From sequence record SRR20825019_3144: a stretch of DNA of 39,237 bases. One strand, 5' to 3'. Positions within the stretch are counted from its first letter, which is position 1. Every line of letters starts with the position of its first letter. This document shows, piece by piece, positions 9,699-20,846 of this stretch. The notes beneath the pieces are model-generated. The model did not search any database. It had not been told where the DNA came from and saw only the letters and a list, made by a program, of their open reading frames with translations. The translations under genes and the position numbers were made by a program.

Positions 9699-9706
9699 GC
9701 TACCGC
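9699..9706 (-). promoter_or_regulatory. ops-like element GCGGTAGC
   Basis: 7/8 match to the ops core GGCGGTAG, on the correct strand, downstream of a TTGACA (9811-9816, minus) and beside a NusG paralogue. Confidence 0.35.
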
Positions 9707-9875
9707 ACCGCAGGTGGCCGCGCCATCTGCGTAAAATTCAGCGAATGAATCCGATTCATTCACAAGTTGAACTCTATCAATTATGCAGGTGCAGAAAAAC
9801 CGGTTTCTTTTGTCAAGCACCGTATTTTTTACGGGAAATTTGCAAAAACCCACATCGACACCAATATGAGGACTC

Positions 9876-10391
9876 ATGGTCAAAACAACTGAAAAATTAT
9901 GGTTTGTAGCTCAATTGCGACCGCAAGGCCTTCCACGCGCGCGCGCCCACTTGCATCGTCAGGGGTTTGAGATATTCAGCCCGGAATTGCTCACTGTCAC
10001 CACAAAATCCGACGTCCAGCGGCAGTCCCGCAAGCCTCTCTTTCCGGGTTATGTCTTTATTAATTTTGACCCCGCAAACCCCGGTTGGAGCGCCATCAAC
10101 AGCACGCGTGGCATTGCACGCCTTATCTTGAACGATCCCCGCCGACCCCAACCACTGCCAGCAGGATTGATTGCAGGCCTGAAGGCGCGCTGCGATCCGA
10201 GTGGACTTTTGGCGCCAGCAATCGACCTGGAAGTGGGCGACCGCATCCGCGTACTTGCAGGCCCTCTTGCTGACCTCGTCACAACAATAGACACCCTGCC
10301 CGCCCCTGATCGCATTGGCGTCTTGATCGACATGCTGGGGCGCAAAGTCAAAACCTCCCTGCCCCGAGGCCATGTAGAGAAAATCTGCTGA
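9876..10391 (+). CDS. NusG-family specialised antiterminator (RfaH-like)
   Basis: NGN domain (WFVAQLRP, PLFPGYVF, INSTRGI), KOW motif (GDRIRVLAGPL), GAGGAC RBS; no secE/rplK context. Confidence 0.88.
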   Translation: MVKTTEKLWFVAQLRPQGLPRARAHLHRQGFEIFSPELLTVTTKSDVQRQSRKPLFPGYVFINFDPANPGWSAINSTRGIARLILNDPRRPQPLPAGLIAGLKARCDPSGLLAPAIDLEVGDRIRVLAGPLADLVTTIDTLPAPDRIGVLIDMLGRKVKTSLPRGHVEKIC

Positions 10392-10529
10392 GAATATCGC
10401 CTATTGCACGTTAAATCACAACGCAGTGGACGTGACGATTTCACCCTGCGCCACCAGGCTTCGTCGCAACCAAGTGTCTAACACGCATACTGCCGCACAC
10501 GATCCAGAAACACTTCTTCGTACATCGGA

Positions 10530-11645
10530 TTATGTCGCGTCGAGCTCTCTTTGGACTCCGTCGGATCGATCTCTGCGAAATTTGCGGTTCACAAAGTAGC
10601 TCATTGATACAATGTAAGTCAGCATGAACAGAGCAATAAAGAACGCCAGAGCAATCGCAGATTTTACGCCATTGTCCCAAAGGAAAAGCCCAGTCAAGAT
10701 CGGCGCCGAAAACAAGGGGAGCAATACGATTGTTGCAAAGGAATTGTCGTATATTCTCCGCTTTCCACGATTGAAAATCAGTGGCAATGCGCGCACGACA
10801 AGATGGTGAAAATGCAGCCTATCCGGTTGATCCGTCGCACACTTGTTTAGACGGCGACGGATCATCGAAAAAAGCGTCTCACAGACCGGCCAGAACAACA
10901 CCAACAGTATCGAAAAACCTGCAACTTCCGGGTTGCGATACATCAGTATGAGGCCGAGCCAGGCCAGTACGTGGCCAATGCCATAGGCGCCCGCATCTCC
11001 CATGAAAATACGCCCAAATGGCCAGTTGAATACAAAGAACCCAAACACAGCGACAATCAGAAGACCCGAAATGATCTGAAGATCGGTATCTTGTGTGTAT
11101 CCTGCAATGATGCAAATAGCGCCTGCCGCACAAATGCAATAAAGTGATGCCAGTCCATTGAGGCCGTCGATAAGATTCAGCGCGTGACAGGTGCCCGCCG
11201 ACCACAAAAGCGTGATGAAAATTGCCACAATAGCCCATTCGAATATGGCATCCGCTGGCTCTATCCCGAGACCCGGCACTTGCGTACGGCTTAGAATAAG
11301 CGCCAAAAAACCTGAAATGAACGCAGCGAGCAATCTGAATCGAGGACTGACATCTCGCGCTATATCTTCGCGCATCCCAACCAGAAACACGACAACACCT
11401 GCAAGCAATGCGAGCATCAAGTCCGACTCAAGACGATCTAAAAAAAACATGGCGCCCACAAACACAGCAACGATAATCGCGACGCCACCAATCCTTGGCG
11501 TTGGACGCGAGTGCTGCGCCTGTCGCGCCGCGATGTCGCGTAGCATATGATCGCTGTTCATCATGAGTGTAGGGCGCGTTATAGCGAGCCCACAAAGCGC
11601 CATACTCACCAAAAAGGTAACAAAGAAAGCAACAAACTCAAACAA
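10530..11645 (-). CDS. wecA: Undecaprenyl-phosphate sugar-1-phosphate transferase (WecA/MraY family)
   Basis: TPRIGG, ALNLIDGLNGL, FMGDAGAY and DRLHFHH motifs; multiple TM helices. Confidence 0.88.
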   Translation of the reverse strand: MFEFVAFFVTFLVSMALCGLAITRPTLMMNSDHMLRDIAARQAQHSRPTPRIGGVAIIVAVFVGAMFFLDRLESDLMLALLAGVVVFLVGMREDIARDVSPRFRLLAAFISGFLALILSRTQVPGLGIEPADAIFEWAIVAIFITLLWSAGTCHALNLIDGLNGLASLYCICAAGAICIIAGYTQDTDLQIISGLLIVAVFGFFVFNWPFGRIFMGDAGAYGIGHVLAWLGLILMYRNPEVAGFSILLVLFWPVCETLFSMIRRRLNKCATDQPDRLHFHHLVVRALPLIFNRGKRRIYDNSFATIVLLPLFSAPILTGLFLWDNGVKSAIALAFFIALFMLTYIVSMSYFVNRKFRRDRSDGVQRELDAT

Positions 11646-12915
11646 AATGCAACTCCTGCAATTGCGGCGCTTTAAAATCCATCCAGCGCTTACGAATCGC
11701 CCGAACGGCGTGGCTCAATCGGAAAATTTCTCGACACCTGACAAGTTTACAATGCAGCGCAGCGGCATTCTGGCTCCACTCTCCAAAACTTTGCGACCGG
11801 CAAAGTGGCCTGGCCCCCGACAGCATGCAGCAACCGAGTATTCACTTGGGCCACTCTCTCGCCTCAAGGCATTCAAAAATGAAGATTTTTTATGATAAGA
11901 CACGCGCGCCATCACATCAGAGTTAGAATTTAGAGGTTGCAACCAACACGATCGTTATTATATCCGTGACTGCCCTTAACATCCAAAAACACGGATAGCC
12001 AGCCAAATCGAGGCATATACAAGTCTGCACTCATACACCCAAATTGCCATCTCAATAGTGTCAATATTATGACAAGATGGCCCAATTGCTAATGCTGTGC
12101 ACAAAGAACGAGCACCCCAAAGGGGTGTGATAACGGAAAATAGGCCGCCGCCAAAAAACCGAACCAAAAATCCGACGAACCTAAGCTCAGATCCACACCC
12201 TGCTATGGTAACGCTGAACGGTGATCATGCTGCGCTGCGGTTCTCCGCTCGAAACTGGTGGCATCTGATTCAGACGTAGGCATCTTACAAGTTTGCTGTG
12301 AGCAAAATCACAGCAAACCACCTGATGTGGACCCGATGGTTCGCAACAGGAGTGAACGCTTTGCGCTATATCACCAACATACTGAACGAAGAATTGTCTG
12401 CAACGCTCATGGGGCCATCACCCAGATGGCAGTTTTTCGCGCATAGATTGAAATCCCCAGAACGCTACGTAGAGCCTTCGCACCAAAGCGTGTAGCAAGT
12501 AGACACCTGCGTTGACGATGCAGGCCCGCACCTCCAACCACGCCAAAGCAACAAGAACTCTCTAACAACCTTTGTGACCGAACACCTCAACCCAACATTT
12601 AGCCAAGCAGCGTCGGACAGGAAATTCAGCGCGCATTTTCAATGGCGAATGTACCCTAAAATAGACCACGCCCTAGAAGCACTGTGAGCTTTCCTAAGCA
12701 GATAGATAGAACCACCAGGTTGGAGAAGGGCTCTCTCAGGCGGAGATGCTTTTAGAATGCAAGCACCATGCACACACCCTTACGCCGATGAACCCCAAGC
12801 ACTTCGGTAAGCAAAAAATGGCACAAAGTCATACCAGCCGCAGTGACAACCCGGGCAACTCGCCTATAAGCACGAAGTTGTTAACGATCATCCCAAACTC
12901 AATATTGGATTTTCA

Positions 12916-15039
12916 ATGAAGCCTACGTCCGCGACTTCCGACACCTTCCACCACGACCTGCAGGGGGATGAAATTGACCTCGGAAATCTGGCTCGCACCT
13001 TGTGGCGCGGCAAACTGTGGATCCTGCTAAGCGGGCTTTTGGCGCTTATTCTGGGGGTATACTATGCTTACGTTGCCGCGGTGCCAGTCTACACTGCCAA
13101 TTCATCGGTAGCGTTAGAAAGCCGGCAAGAGCAGGTCATGGACATCCAGAGCGTCGTCACTGGGTTGGGAGGAGACCAGTCCACCATAAACACCGAGACC
13201 GAAGTCATCCGTTCACGAGGGCTTGTCGAGCAACTGGTGCTTGACATGAACTTACTTGAAGACCCCGAATTTAACGCCAGCTTGCGTCCGCCGCAAAAAT
13301 TCTCCCTCAGCCGGGCTATTAAGACTGTGACGGGCTTCTTCAATTACGCACCTACCGAAGTGGCCCAGGCTTCGGAGCGCGCGATTTTGGATAGCACTAT
13401 CAGTGCAACTCTTGAGGCAATTTCTGTCACCAATCTTCGACAAAGTTTCATATTCCAGATTACGGTGGTTACGCAGGACCCAAACAAGTCAGCAGCCATC
13501 GCAAACCGGCTCGCCGAGCTTTACATCAACAACCAGATAGCCGTTAAATTTGAAAAGACTGAGCAGGCAACGGTTTGGCTTAGCGAACGAGTCACCTCTC
13601 TGCAAAAGCAGCTGGAAACCTCCCAAACGGCTCTCAAAGATTTTTCCTCCAACACCAAACTTGTCAGCTCGGAAGCGCTGGCGGGATTAAATAGACAAAT
13701 CAAAGATTTGAGAGATCGCCGCGTCGAAGTCTCCGCTCAAACGGACATGGCACGCGCAAATCTCGAAGTCCTTCGAGCCAATCTTGGAAGCAATCCCGAT
13801 GCCTTCGCAGCAGCAGCTCAAGATCCTACGCTAAATCAAGCCCTCAAAGCACTGCGCGACGGAAGCGCGGGCGCTCAAGAAGCATTCGACGCTCGATCTC
13901 AATCTTTGATCTCTCGCGCAGAATTGACACTAGCGCGCGCCGAAGCGCAGCTCGAAGCCCTTGATGCGTCTATTGAGGAGGCAGGAAATCGGATCGAAAC
14001 CCAATCCCAAGAGTTGGTAAAACTTGAACAGCTGCAGCGCGAGGCGGAAGCAAATCGCCTGCTTTATGACGCTTTCTTGAGCCGTCTCAAAGAGACCAGT
14101 ATTCAACAAGGTATTCAGCAAGCTGACAGCCGCATACTAAGCCGCGCTGTTGTACCCAACCAGCCTTCCGCACCCCGTAAGTCGCGCATACTGGCGTTGT
14201 CATTGGTCCTTGGCGTCATGATTGGGGCTGGAGTGGTTCTTGGGCACGAAATGACCCAGAACACCTTCCGAAATGCAGAAGACCTCGAAGCCAAAACAGG
14301 TTACGCAGTCATCGGCCAAATCCCCAAAATACCCGTTGGAGCACGCAGAGACATACTCGATTATTTGGTTGAGAAGCCAAATTCTGCCGGCGCTGAGTCG
14401 ATTCGTAATTTGCGCACGTCAATTTTACTCGCCAACCTGGACAACCCTCCCAAGGTGATCATGTCTACATCGTCCATCCCCGGCGAAGGCAAGACAACCC
14501 AGTCCGTGGCTCTCGCCCAGAACCTATCCGGCATGGGCGCAAAAGTGTTGCTTTTGGAGGGCGATCTACGCCGACGGGTTCTATCCGCCTACTTCAACAA
14601 CCCCAACCTACCAGGATTTCTTTCTGTTATATCTGGCGAGATACCACTAGAGGATGCTATTTTTCATGACAAAACTTTGAATGCAGACATTTTGTTTGGT
14701 CAAAAATCGCGAATCAATGCCGCAGATCTCTTCTCTTCGTCGACGTTCACTGATTTTATTGCAGAGCTGCGTTCTATTTATGATTACATTATCATTGATA
14801 CCCCTCCGGTTCTAGCGGTGCCTGATGCTAGAGTTATTGGTCAATCCGTCGATACCATCGTATATTCTGTAAAGTGGGACAGCACTTCACATAGTCAGGT
14901 TCTGGAAGGTCTAAGGTTACTTGAAAGTGTGAACCTCAAGGTCAGCGGATTGGCATTGAGCCAAATTGATAATCGTAAGATGAAACGATATGGCTACGGT
15001 TATAACTACGGTACCTATAAAGGCTACTACGACAGCTAA
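12916..15039 (+). CDS. wzc: Polysaccharide co-polymerase / tyrosine autokinase
   Basis: DEIDL Wzz-type N-terminus, two TM segments, Walker A SSIPGEGKT, IIIDTPP, Tyr cluster YGYGYNYGTYKGYY. Confidence 0.95.
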   Translation: MKPTSATSDTFHHDLQGDEIDLGNLARTLWRGKLWILLSGLLALILGVYYAYVAAVPVYTANSSVALESRQEQVMDIQSVVTGLGGDQSTINTETEVIRSRGLVEQLVLDMNLLEDPEFNASLRPPQKFSLSRAIKTVTGFFNYAPTEVAQASERAILDSTISATLEAISVTNLRQSFIFQITVVTQDPNKSAAIANRLAELYINNQIAVKFEKTEQATVWLSERVTSLQKQLETSQTALKDFSSNTKLVSSEALAGLNRQIKDLRDRRVEVSAQTDMARANLEVLRANLGSNPDAFAAAAQDPTLNQALKALRDGSAGAQEAFDARSQSLISRAELTLARAEAQLEALDASIEEAGNRIETQSQELVKLEQLQREAEANRLLYDAFLSRLKETSIQQGIQQADSRILSRAVVPNQPSAPRKSRILALSLVLGVMIGAGVVLGHEMTQNTFRNAEDLEAKTGYAVIGQIPKIPVGARRDILDYLVEKPNSAGAESIRNLRTSILLANLDNPPKVIMSTSSIPGEGKTTQSVALAQNLSGMGAKVLLLEGDLRRRVLSAYFNNPNLPGFLSVISGEIPLEDAIFHDKTLNADILFGQKSRINAADLFSSSTFTDFIAELRSIYDYIIIDTPPVLAVPDARVIGQSVDTIVYSVKWDSTSHSQVLEGLRLLESVNLKVSGLALSQIDNRKMKRYGYGYNYGTYKGYYDS

Positions 15040-15217
15040 AAAGCTAGTTTCCGGCATGGTTGAACCGATTCCCCGCCAGAAGCATACTTTTTTGGTGAGC
15101 CTTAATGCACGCTCAAGCGCCTGAACAGTGAGTCACGCCGCCAAGCCTAAGTTCACGGAAATGAAATAGAAAACAGACCGGCTGAAGCCACACTGCAAAT
15201 GGCACATGGTTCAACGT

Positions 15218-16000
15218 TCATTCGCTTTCTATAAAGCTGCACTCACCGTCCGAAACTCGTACAGCGCTAAGTCGTCCTGTTTTGTAAGCACCGGTATCGA
15301 CAGGGATGCGGCAACCTGTAATAGTAGCATGCTTCACGATCGTGTGGCCATGTAATACGAAGTTTTCGTCATTTCGTTGTGTTGTGAGAAAGTCAGGATG
15401 CCCCCATAGCAGCACTTCATCGCGCTGCTCTTCCACGGGGCGTAGCGGTGACATTGCCGCATGAACGCAGTGCATATTTCCGCTCACCCACTTCAGCGGC
15501 AACGACCGCAACCAATCTTGCATCCCTTCAGGCATGGCAGCTTCCAGGTTGTTAGCAATCTCTATTGACTTAATTGCATCAAGCTTGCAACTAAACCACT
15601 CCACACCGAAACTGGCCAAGGTGTCCATTCCACCGTGGCGCAGCCAATACCCGCCCCGCCCCGCGGGATCGTCAATGAAATCTAGCATCATTCGCTCGTG
15701 ATTGCCCATCAAGCAGATTACTCTATCTGGAAATGCCTGGGTCAACTCGAAAAGCCAGATCAGAACCTGTTGAGATTCCAGGCCGCGATCAATGTAGTCA
15801 CCGAGAAAAACAATTTTTTCCGAGCCGTCAGCGACCTCGTCAATGCGTCGCATCAAATTTTTCAGTATGCTCTTGCAACCATGGATATCGCCAACCGCAA
15901 AGAATGGCGCTTCTGGGCTCAGTTGATCAAGCAAAATAATATCTTGCGGGCGACCTTTAGCTTGCCAATTACCAACACGCTTTGATAGACGGCTAAACAC
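15218..16000 (-). CDS. Calcineurin-like (PPP-family, PphA-like) metallophosphoesterase
   Basis: GDIHG, GDYIDRG, GNHE, HA, GHT and DTG motifs. Confidence 0.9.
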   Translation of the reverse strand: MFSRLSKRVGNWQAKGRPQDIILLDQLSPEAPFFAVGDIHGCKSILKNLMRRIDEVADGSEKIVFLGDYIDRGLESQQVLIWLFELTQAFPDRVICLMGNHERMMLDFIDDPAGRGGYWLRHGGMDTLASFGVEWFSCKLDAIKSIEIANNLEAAMPEGMQDWLRSLPLKWVSGNMHCVHAAMSPLRPVEEQRDEVLLWGHPDFLTTQRNDENFVLHGHTIVKHATITGCRIPVDTGAYKTGRLSAVRVSDGECSFIESE

Positions 16001-16339
16001 TTGTGCACTCCTCAGGCTTCATACCGGCTGGATGTTCACGTAGCTCATCCATATTCAGTCAATAGCACTCTAAGTGGCCGCACTTGGATCCAAAAGTACA
16101 TAGTCGGACTCAGTAAGCCACTTTCTGCAAAGTTAGCCGCAAGGTTCGCGCCGACAGAGCACGTTGCGAACATAATACTGGAAGTACTTTTCTAAGAACG
16201 TTGTGTCAGAACCATAATAATCCGGCTCATTTGTTGCCCAGATGCAACCATACCTTGTGGAACGAATAAAAGCTTACTTCTGTGTTGCCATAGCCATTCA
16301 CAGGCTCGATTATTGTCGAAATGCTTTAGAGGACTAACA

Positions 16340-17689
16340 ATGTTAAAACGTCTTGTTGCTATAGCGGCCTTGAGCTCACTTGCAAGTTGCGGTTTGGTGT
16401 ATGTCTCACCAAAAGTAATCGATGCTGATGGCAATGTGACCATAGTGCCTTTGACACCCGAAAGCGTGGAAGCCGCCAATCGTTCTAACTATGTGCCCAG
16501 AGAAATCCCAGCCGTCTTTTTCCAGACCGCCGGCGGAACTGGCACGCTACGTGGAGCGGGCGCCACGCCTGAGCCGACATTAGACGCGCAAGCGCGGCCC
16601 TCGGCATTGGTACTGCGTTTACCTGAAACTCCGCAACGCACCCCCTACGACATTGGAGTCGGCGATGTTCTTCTGCTTGCGACACGGGGCGGCGGGAGCA
16701 CCGTCGAAGAACTCAGTGGGTTGCTCGCAGCGCAAAATCGCCGCCAAGGCTATACAGTTCAGGATGACGGCGCGATCGCCATTCCTGATGTTGGTCGCGT
16801 CATGGTCGCGGGCCTGACACTAGAAGAAGCTGAGGCTGCGCTTTTTCAACGCCTGTTGAGCGCGCAAATAGACCCGTCGTTTAGCCTTGAAATTGCAGAA
16901 TTCAACTCAAAGCGTGTGTCGATCGGTGGCGCTGTTGGGACGCCAACCATTGCGCCCATCACGTTGACAGACCTTACCTTGGACGCCGCCATCGCGCTTG
17001 CAGGTGGAATCCAGACACCCGATTTGGATTACGCTTCCATTCGTCTTTACCGCGACGGCGCTCTCTATCAGATACCCCTTAACGATTATTTGAGCCGTGG
17101 CGAGTTGCAAAAAACCCGTCTGGTTGATGGCGATAGTGTTTTTGTAGATACAGAATATCAGCTCGGTCGAGCGCAGGCCTATTTCGCCGAGCAGATTACA
17201 TTATCTCAATTCCGCCAAGCTGCGCGGTCTCAGGCGCTCGCCGAACTTCAGGCTGAAGTGAATCTGCGTAGGGGGTCGCTCACAGAATCTCGTTCCAACT
17301 TTAGAGATCTTCTTGCCGAAGATGCTGTTGATCGCGACTATGTATACTTAACAGGTGAAGTCAAAACACCGGGCCGTTTTAATCTACCATTCGGACGCCA
17401 AGCCACTTTGGCTGATGCACTGTACTCACAAGGTGGCTTCGACGCAAAAACAGGCAACCCTGCGCAAATCTACTTGCTTCGAGGCTCAGCGAACGCGAGC
17501 ACAAACTCGGCTGTGACGGCCTGGAAGCTCGATGCCCGCAATCCAGCAAACTTAATTGTAGCAACGCAGATGCAGCTGCGCCCTAACGATATAGTGTTTA
17601 TTGCTGAGCAACCCGTTACGCGGTGGAATCGTACGATTTCCCAAATTACACCGCAGATCATCACATCTGTAGCGAACGCTACGAACTAA
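16340..17689 (+). CDS. wza: Polysaccharide export outer-membrane lipoprotein
   Basis: AGGA RBS, lipobox LASC, YDIGVGDVL, YTVQDDGAIAIP, SLBB domains, C-terminal PVTRWNRTISQITP helix. Confidence 0.93.
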   Translation: MLKRLVAIAALSSLASCGLVYVSPKVIDADGNVTIVPLTPESVEAANRSNYVPREIPAVFFQTAGGTGTLRGAGATPEPTLDAQARPSALVLRLPETPQRTPYDIGVGDVLLLATRGGGSTVEELSGLLAAQNRRQGYTVQDDGAIAIPDVGRVMVAGLTLEEAEAALFQRLLSAQIDPSFSLEIAEFNSKRVSIGGAVGTPTIAPITLTDLTLDAAIALAGGIQTPDLDYASIRLYRDGALYQIPLNDYLSRGELQKTRLVDGDSVFVDTEYQLGRAQAYFAEQITLSQFRQAARSQALAELQAEVNLRRGSLTESRSNFRDLLAEDAVDRDYVYLTGEVKTPGRFNLPFGRQATLADALYSQGGFDAKTGNPAQIYLLRGSANASTNSAVTAWKLDARNPANLIVATQMQLRPNDIVFIAEQPVTRWNRTISQITPQIITSVANATN

Positions 17690-18011
17690 TCTCGCGCGCG
17701 TGATGGAGCAAGGTTACATCGGCGGTATTAGGGGATCTAAACTTGCCTGTAAATGTGCGTGAGCGCCTCTAGATTAGTTAAAGAAATCACGCCGAACGAC
17801 GGCGAAATCTAGACCACGAGATGTCATGGCTTCAGGGAGTTCTTCAAGTTTTGCATTGCATCAAAGCCAAGACGCCCGTGAATTCAGTTACCTATCAGCA
17901 TTGAGAATGCTGGAGCTGAAACAGGTAAACAGGGGTTTCAGCTTCCGCTTGCGTCTCTGCAAAGCTTGAAGCCAACGGACATCATTTCCCACAGTCTAGG
18001 AACCGAATCTC

Positions 18012-19409
18012 ATGCCCCCTAAATTTGGCACCAGCGGCCTGCGTGGCCTCGTATCCGAACTAACGCCTAAGCTTGTAGCCTCCTATGTGCGGGGATTTAT
18101 CGCGGCATGCCCACATGGATCAGCAATCCATGTGGGATGGGATTTGCGCCCGTCTTCGCCGGAGATAGCCGAAATCGTTCTTCAAACAGTCCAGGCTTGT
18201 GGTATTACTGCAGTTCGCTGTGGTCCGGTACCAACGCCAGCGCTCGCTCTCGGAGCTATGAACGCAGGCTGCGGTGCAATAATGATTACTGGCAGCCACA
18301 TCCCCGCCGATCGCAATGGGCTAAAGTTCTATGTCCCCTCTGGGGAAGTTTCTAAAGAAGATGAAACGCAAATTTTGGCATCACTTGATGCCCTACCCGA
18401 CCTTCCCGAATTCACAGGTGCTGAGGAAACTTATCCCACCTGTGCATCCGATTACATCGCACGTTACACAAGTGCCTTCGGAGCGAAGGCCCTTAGCGGC
18501 ATGCGCATTGGTATCTATCAGCACAGCTCGGTTGCGCGGGACATCATGGTGTCCGCAGTTCAAGGCTGCGGAGGCATACCCATTCCATTGGCTTGGTCAG
18601 ACACTTTCATTCCCGTAGATACCGAAGCGGTTAGCCGTGACGCCCGCATCAGATTCGCAGGCTGGTGTGCCGAACACTCGTTGGATGCCCTGATCTCGAC
18701 AGATGGTGATGCCGACCGCCCAATGCTTACAGATCACACAGGCACCATTGTTCCGGGTGATGTTTTGGGTCCGCTCGCCGCACGGGCGCTGGGGGCGGAA
18801 GCGTTGTGTACGCCAGTATCATCCAATTCCATGATTGGACAAATGAACTGCTTTACCACCATACGGCGGACGAAGATCGGCTCACCCTTCGTAATAGCGG
18901 CGATGGAAAATCTGCTGGATAAGGACTCTGACGCTAAAGTCGCTGGCTACGAGGCAAACGGAGGATTTTTGCTAGGATTCACTGCTCAGGCGACATCAGG
19001 ACCATTAACGCCGCTGATGACCCGAGATTGCTTGCTGCCAATGTTGGCACCCCTGGTCGCAGCTCGCGCAGCAGGCCAATCCATCGCCCAAGCTGTCGCC
19101 GATCTTCCGCCCTGCTTCACAGCTGCGGACAGACTTGAAAATATCGACCAGGAACAATCAGGCCCCTTCTTGACTCGACTGAAACAGGATTCCTTCGCTC
19201 GGGCAGCTTTTTTCACCAATATGCCCCCGGAACAAAATGTTGATGATACCGACGGTTTGCGAGTAACTTTTGAAGGAGGTGCGGTGATCCATCTCCGCCC
19301 ATCCGGTAATGCTCCCGAATTCCGCTGCTACGTTGAAGCAGATAGCCCCTTGGCAGCTGTAGCTCTGTTGGAGACGCACTTATACTTGCTCCGAGACCAG
19401 TTAACCTAG
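18012..19409 (+). CDS. manB: Phosphomannomutase
   Basis: FGTSGLRG, TGSHIP, DGDADR, GYEANGG and RPSGNAPE motifs. Confidence 0.94.
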   Translation: MPPKFGTSGLRGLVSELTPKLVASYVRGFIAACPHGSAIHVGWDLRPSSPEIAEIVLQTVQACGITAVRCGPVPTPALALGAMNAGCGAIMITGSHIPADRNGLKFYVPSGEVSKEDETQILASLDALPDLPEFTGAEETYPTCASDYIARYTSAFGAKALSGMRIGIYQHSSVARDIMVSAVQGCGGIPIPLAWSDTFIPVDTEAVSRDARIRFAGWCAEHSLDALISTDGDADRPMLTDHTGTIVPGDVLGPLAARALGAEALCTPVSSNSMIGQMNCFTTIRRTKIGSPFVIAAMENLLDKDSDAKVAGYEANGGFLLGFTAQATSGPLTPLMTRDCLLPMLAPLVAARAAGQSIAQAVADLPPCFTAADRLENIDQEQSGPFLTRLKQDSFARAAFFTNMPPEQNVDDTDGLRVTFEGGAVIHLRPSGNAPEFRCYVEADSPLAAVALLETHLYLLRDQLT

Positions 19410-19526
19410 GTGTTTGATCCCATGGTTTGATGGTGTGCTTCTTTCGTCGGAATGGAAGTAATCATTACGGGACTGAATAGCCCCTAGTATTGTAGACGCT
19501 TTCTTCCCTAATTTTGAGGCAAGGAG

Positions 19527-20846
19527 GCAGATCTTGATCTGCTTGAGCTGCAGTCTGGTCAACGACCATTCCGCCATGACCTCAGGCAGTTCGTTGCAGC
19601 GCAAGATGGTGGCCAGGTTATAGGCCAGCGCGTGCAGTTGCAGCCGCACCTCGTTGTCGCAGAACTTCCGGCAGGACAGCCGTGCCTAGCGAAAGGCATA
19701 TTTGCGTTCCTTGATGTGCTGCTCGGCGGTGCCGCGCTGGTTGTAGAACCTCTCGACCCAGTCTGGCTCCATCGGCAGGTTGGTGACGCTGAACCCGACA
19801 CGCGGGAACAGCTCGCCCGGATGCCATTCGATCTTGGCGATCACACAGCGCGGTTTGTCCCAGGAAGCCGCCTGACATTCGAAGTCCTCGTAGAAGCGCT
19901 TCACCTTGGTCAGCGAAGATCGCCCCACGGGCCGGGTCAGCCGGTGCGCGATCTTCTCTCGCTGGACTTTGTTGGCTGGCAGCCGGATGGCGTAGAAATA
20001 GCTCGCCTCTTCAAGGCTTTTCTACAGGTTTGGCATTGCATAGGCGGCATCGGCCCGAAAGAACCGCATGATGTTGCGCTTCGCATACCGGGCGATGACC
20101 GGATCGAAAACGTCGCGCCAGCCATCGGCGCTGTGGACGTTGCCGTCTCGCAGGGCTCAGCGTTCCAGCATGCCGAACTGGTTGAACAGAAAGTTTAGGT
20201 GGTAGCAGGTGCAGTCGAAATGCCCGCTCCAAGCTGCGACCTCCTGATCGCCATGGGTCGGGCTGACCGAGCTGTCCATGTCCAGGACGATATACTTCAG
20301 CCCGTTGCGGTCATGAAATCGGTCGATCCATTGCCCGTTCAGGTCGGACAGCGCATCCCGGTTCTCGGGCAAGGCCAGCGTCTCGGTCTCGAACCGCCCC
20401 ATCTGAGAGGCTGAGACCGCTTGTGCATCGACAGCCCTTCCACCCACGACCTGACACATGACCGGATCGAGGGCCAAGCGGTCGGTGTCGTTTACATCCT
20501 CGTAGCCCGCCAATCGCCCGAACACCGACTGCCGGAAAAGGCCGTCAAGCCGATGGACCGTGTTCTTGACGCGTAGGGTGTAGCGCATTGCTGTTGCCGC
20601 CAGATCGAACAGCCCGAGCGTGTCATCCAGCTCGCGCATCAACAGAAGGCCACCGTCGGAACTGAGCTGCGCGCCGCGAAATTCCAACCGCACCCGACGG
20701 TCGAAATCGACCCGATCTGCCTGCTGCGAGCCCGCACCCTTTGGGAGATCCATGAAACAAGCCCTCACAGCCTCCAACGCCATAATTTATATACGAAGTA
20801 ACACGCTCACGACAGCGAAAGCAGCGAGTTACTTGGGGAATGTGAG
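19527..20846 (-). mobile_element. IS1380-family element, inactive and 3'-truncated
   Basis: Transposase from ATG 20753 (SSDGGLL, DMDSSVSPTHG, YNQRGTAEQHIKE) broken by frameshifts and a TAG at 19686; homology ends after LKQIKI; terminal-like TGGGGAATGTGAG near 20846. Confidence 0.9.

Noticed and set aside
9497-9883. 128-aa minus-strand ORF in the leader
   Set aside because: No recognisable motif; overlaps the nusG-paralogue start and putative promoter elements
17914-17943. Inverted repeat AGCTGAAAC-N12-GTTTCAGCT upstream of manB
   Set aside because: Single copy, no U-tract, and no function can be assigned
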